Positions 61,227 through 64,000 of a DNA stretch of 64,000 bases are shown piece after piece (within the stretch, counting starts at the first letter, position 1; each line of letters opens with the position of its first letter). Source of the stretch: Gammaproteobacteria bacterium (lineage in GTDB: Bacteria; Pseudomonadota; Gammaproteobacteria; JAKEHO01). The stretch spans positions 10,950-74,949 of the forward strand of contig JAKEHO010000043.1 in assembly GCA_022614965.1 (NCBI GenBank), read 5' to 3'. The position numbers and the translations under genes were made by a program. The notes beneath the pieces are model-generated. The model was given only the letters and a program-made list of their open reading frames with translations, did no database searches and was not told the origin of the DNA.

Positions 61227-62118
61227 CTTTCCACCAGTTGAGAACTTCCGAGATTCCGTCTGCAAGCGAGATTGCCGGACGCCAACCGACTTCGTTTGCA
61301 AGTCGACTAACGTCGGCCACGAGTCGAGGCGGATCGTTGGGAGAGGGCGCAATCGCTCCAAAGCGCAACAAGTCACGACGCCCGACGCGCTCGGCGAGAG
61401 CAACCGCGAAATCCTTGACTTTCACGGGGACCCCGGATGCAACGTTGATCGGTCCGCTAATATCGGAATCAAGCAGCGCACAAAAGGCATCTGCCACGTC
61501 GCGAACGTGCATGAAATCACATTCCTGCTCCCCATGGGTACAGGCTGCCGGCTCGCCGCGCAGTAGCGCGCGCGCTACTGATGGAACCAGCCGCTGAGGT
61601 TTCTCGTACGGGCCGTAAACGTAAAAGATCCGCCCCCAGGCGCTGCTCAGCCCGGTTGCGCCAGAGTAAGCCGCGAGTAGCACCTGGAGTGCGTGTTTGC
61701 AAATGCCGTAGACACTGCTCGGTCGTACCGGGGTCGCCTGCTCATCACAGATTTCGCGGCTCCAACTATACTCAGCACACGAGCCGGCCAAGACGGCGCG
61801 CCAGCCCCCATGCTTGTGGAAAGTCTGCACCAAGTCGAGACTCGCGCTGACCCACCGAAAATTTTCGGGCGAGTGCCAATATTTTCCAGGCTCTGCGTAC
61901 CACGCGAAATGCAATAAATGGCTTGGTCTTACAGCGCCAAGCAAGTCCTTGGTCTGGGATGAGTCCAGTAAGTTACCGCAGTGCCATTGGACGTTTGGGT
62001 ACTGTTGACCGATGGCCTTTGAAGTGACGGCATGCACCTCGTAATTGCGAGCCAACAATGCTGATAGACTATGGCGTCCGACGAAACCGGTCGCCCCAGT
62101 AACCAGTACCCTTTTCAT
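61204..62118 (-). CDS. NAD-dependent epimerase/dehydratase (likely NDP-4-keto sugar reductase)
   Basis: VLVTGATGFVG, LHFAWY, AGSCAEY, YGICK, WGRIFYVYGP. Confidence 0.9.
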   Translation of the reverse strand: MKRVLVTGATGFVGRHSLSALLARNYEVHAVTSKAIGQQYPNVQWHCGNLLDSSQTKDLLGAVRPSHLLHFAWYAEPGKYWHSPENFRWVSASLDLVQTFHKHGGWRAVLAGSCAEYSWSREICDEQATPVRPSSVYGICKHALQVLLAAYSGATGLSSAWGRIFYVYGPYEKPQRLVPSVARALLRGEPAACTHGEQECDFMHVRDVADAFCALLDSDISGPINVASGVPVKVKDFAVALAERVGRRDLLRFGAIAPSPNDPPRLVADVSRLANEVGWRPAISLADGISEVLNWWKGDCERSA

Positions 62119-62645
62119 CAGATAAAATCCGGATACTGCGCGTCCTCGGAGGAAATGCTGGGCTGGTCGATTGGCCACCGAATCCCAAACATCGGATCAT
62201 TCCACCGGACTCCACAAGCAAGTTCAGGATGATAGAACTCTGACATTTGATAAAAGATCTCCACGTTATTTTCCAGCGTTTGAAAACCGTGGGCGAAACC
62301 TTTAGGAATGTAGAGCATTCTCCGATTCTCCGCCGTTAGCTCAGTGGCGAACCACCTTTTATATGTGCTTGAATGAGCACGAAGGTCAATGATGACGTCG
62401 TAAATTGCCCCCCTTACGCACCTTACCAATTTCGCCTCCTCTCGAGGCTTTTCTTGATAGTGCATACCACGCAAGGTCCCCTTTTTTTTATTGAAAGAAA
62501 TATTGCATTGCGCTATGTTCAGAGTCAGACCATGTGCTTCGAATTCATTCTTACAATATGTGCGCGCGAAAAACCCACGCTCATCCTCGAGGCGCTCCGG
62601 TTCGATGATGAAAGCTCCCGGGAGTTTCGTATCCGTGAAGATCAA
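62118..62645 (-). CDS. rfbC: NDP-4-keto-6-deoxyhexose 3,5-epimerase
   Basis: DERGFFART, GTLRGMHYQ, KLVRCVRGAIYDV, PKGFAHGFQT, WNDP. Confidence 0.95.
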   Translation of the reverse strand: MIFTDTKLPGAFIIEPERLEDERGFFARTYCKNEFEAHGLTLNIAQCNISFNKKKGTLRGMHYQEKPREEAKLVRCVRGAIYDVIIDLRAHSSTYKRWFATELTAENRRMLYIPKGFAHGFQTLENNVEIFYQMSEFYHPELACGVRWNDPMFGIRWPIDQPSISSEDAQYPDFI

Positions 62646-63955
62646 TTCATTACCTCAACGGTTGGAATCGGCACCACAAACCTTCCGCCCCATTCACGGA
62701 TATAACCTATCGTTTTTACAATCTCATCCTTAATATTCCAAGGAAGAATCAGTACAAAGTCTGGCCTTGCATCCAAAATCTTTTCCGGGTGATAGACAGG
62801 GATATGGGTTCCAGGCAAATACAACCCTTGCTTGTGCGGGTTACGATCCGCAGCGAAGTCGATGAAATCCTTTCCAATCCCACAATAGTTTAAAAGCGTA
62901 TTCCCTTTTGCCGCAGCGCCATAAGCGACAACCCGCCTACTATTGCGTTTTGCCTCGACAAAAAAGCTCAGCAGATCGAGCTTTGCCTGTTTAACCTTAT
63001 CTGCAAACCCGGCGTAGGTGACGATCTGGTCCATACTGGCTTTTCGCTCATTTTGCCGTAACCGGCCGACCTGGGTCGTTTCTACCTTCGCCTCATTATC
63101 GGCATGTGCAACATAAAGACGCAGAGAACCGCCATGAGTCGGTAGCTCCCTAACATCAAAGATTTTTAGTTTATGCCTGGCAAAGACACGCTCCGCGGCG
63201 CCAAAAGAAAAGTACGAGAAATGCTCATGGTAGATGGTATCGAACTGGGTCTGGTTGATCAGGTTCAATAAGTGAGGAAACTCCACGGAAATAACGCCAC
63301 CCGATTTGAGCAGCCGTGTCATTCCGGTAACAAAATCGTTCAAGTCCGGTACGTGCGCCAGTACATTGTTGGCAACGATAAGATCCGCTTGCTTGCCTCC
63401 TTCCGCCAAGTCCCGAGCTAACGCTTCCCCAAAAAACGCCACCTTGCTCGGAATGCCCTTGGTAATCGCTACCCGCGCCACATTAGCGGCGGGCTCGATA
63501 CCAAGCACCGGGATACCTTTCTCGACGAAATACTGCAGCAGGTAACCGTCATTACTCGCGATTTCGACCACCAGGGAATCCGAATCTAATCCCAGCTGCG
63601 GGATGATTTCCTCCACGTAATCGCGGGCATGGGCAAGCCAGGTATCCGAGAAAGAGGAAAAGTAGACATAGTTGGAAAACATGTCCTCCGGCGCGTTGTA
63701 TTGCTCCAGCTGCACCAAGAAGCATCTCCCACAAACGAAGGCATGTAGAGGATAATAAATCTCGGGATTGTTCAGTTGCTCCGCGGTTAACAGCGAATTG
63801 GCTAGAGGCATTGCGCCCAGATCGAGAAAACTGATGATAAGAGGTTCTCCACATCCACGGCACGTTCTTCGGTCCCTGCCACCACCGCGCGATCGGATAT
63901 TTTCTTCGCTATGCAGCGGCTGGGACTGGCCGCCAGGCTCACTCTGCTCAGGCAT
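62642..63955 (-). CDS. NDP-hexose 3-C-methyltransferase-like class I SAM enzyme (copy 1)
   Basis: CRGC...DLGAMPLAN...CGRCFLVQL, YVYFSS, VEIASNDGYLL, NVLAHVPD, FDTIYHEH, THGGSLR, YGAAAKGNT, LILPWN. Confidence 0.93.
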   Translation of the reverse strand: MPEQSEPGGQSQPLHSEENIRSRGGGRDRRTCRGCGEPLIISFLDLGAMPLANSLLTAEQLNNPEIYYPLHAFVCGRCFLVQLEQYNAPEDMFSNYVYFSSFSDTWLAHARDYVEEIIPQLGLDSDSLVVEIASNDGYLLQYFVEKGIPVLGIEPAANVARVAITKGIPSKVAFFGEALARDLAEGGKQADLIVANNVLAHVPDLNDFVTGMTRLLKSGGVISVEFPHLLNLINQTQFDTIYHEHFSYFSFGAAERVFARHKLKIFDVRELPTHGGSLRLYVAHADNEAKVETTQVGRLRQNERKASMDQIVTYAGFADKVKQAKLDLLSFFVEAKRNSRRVVAYGAAAKGNTLLNYCGIGKDFIDFAADRNPHKQGLYLPGTHIPVYHPEKILDARPDFVLILPWNIKDEIVKTIGYIREWGGRFVVPIPTVEVMN

Positions 63956-63998
63956 CGGTCGATAGATATTGCTCAATTTGATTTAATGTCAGCTTGCG
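63948..63998 (-). CDS. C-terminal 16 residues of an upstream gene, probably CDP-glucose 4,6-dehydratase (5' end outside window)
   Basis: RKLTLNQIEQYLSTDA* resembles RfbG C-termini and fits the usual rfbG / C-methyltransferase / rfbC order. Too short to be sure. Confidence 0.45.
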   Translation of the reverse strand, partial: RKLTLNQIEQYLSTDA

Positions 63999-64000
63999 GG

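Noticed and set aside
33016-64000. JUMPstart/ops element for the glycan cluster
   Set aside because: No GGCGGTAG seen on the coding strand in the intergenic gaps. The cluster's 5' end lies outside the window.

Overview
A 64 kb chromosomal window from a GC-rich gammaproteobacterium (inferred from glnD, mutH, dusA, long-form thiC, thrS-infC-rpmI-rplT-pheST-ihfA-merR-tRNA-Pro synteny and uvrB-aminotransferase-tRNA-Asn synteny). It has three parts. (1) 1-26148 is mostly housekeeping, with three tRNAs and a TPP riboswitch. It also carries a compact sulfur-carrier module: JAMM protease, a single Ubl(GG)-rhodanese-E1 polyprotein, and a CysM-like enzyme. (2) 26149-33015 is an accessory patch downstream of tRNA-Asn. 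It holds an integron-type cassette array with no integrase in the window: three intact attC sites with matching cassette ends and a candidate attI. The cassettes encode an FkbM methyltransferase, a clade-2-like chlorite dismutase and a toxin-first RelE/Phd pair. A DCC oxidoreductase cassette with damaged attC, Y1/RAYT-like termini, an APC permease and a secreted M20 peptidase lie next to it. (3) 33016-64000 is the distal part of a large minus-strand surface-glycan cluster. It includes branched-chain/methylated deoxysugar genes with a PhyH dioxygenase, NeuB/NeuC plus two CMP-transferases, a class I aldolase, SqdB and several GTs. Three genes are broken (a kinase-methyltransferase fusion, an asnB-like amidotransferase and galU). 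No CRISPR array, rRNA or intact transposase/integrase was seen. All family assignments come from motif recognition by eye, not database searches.
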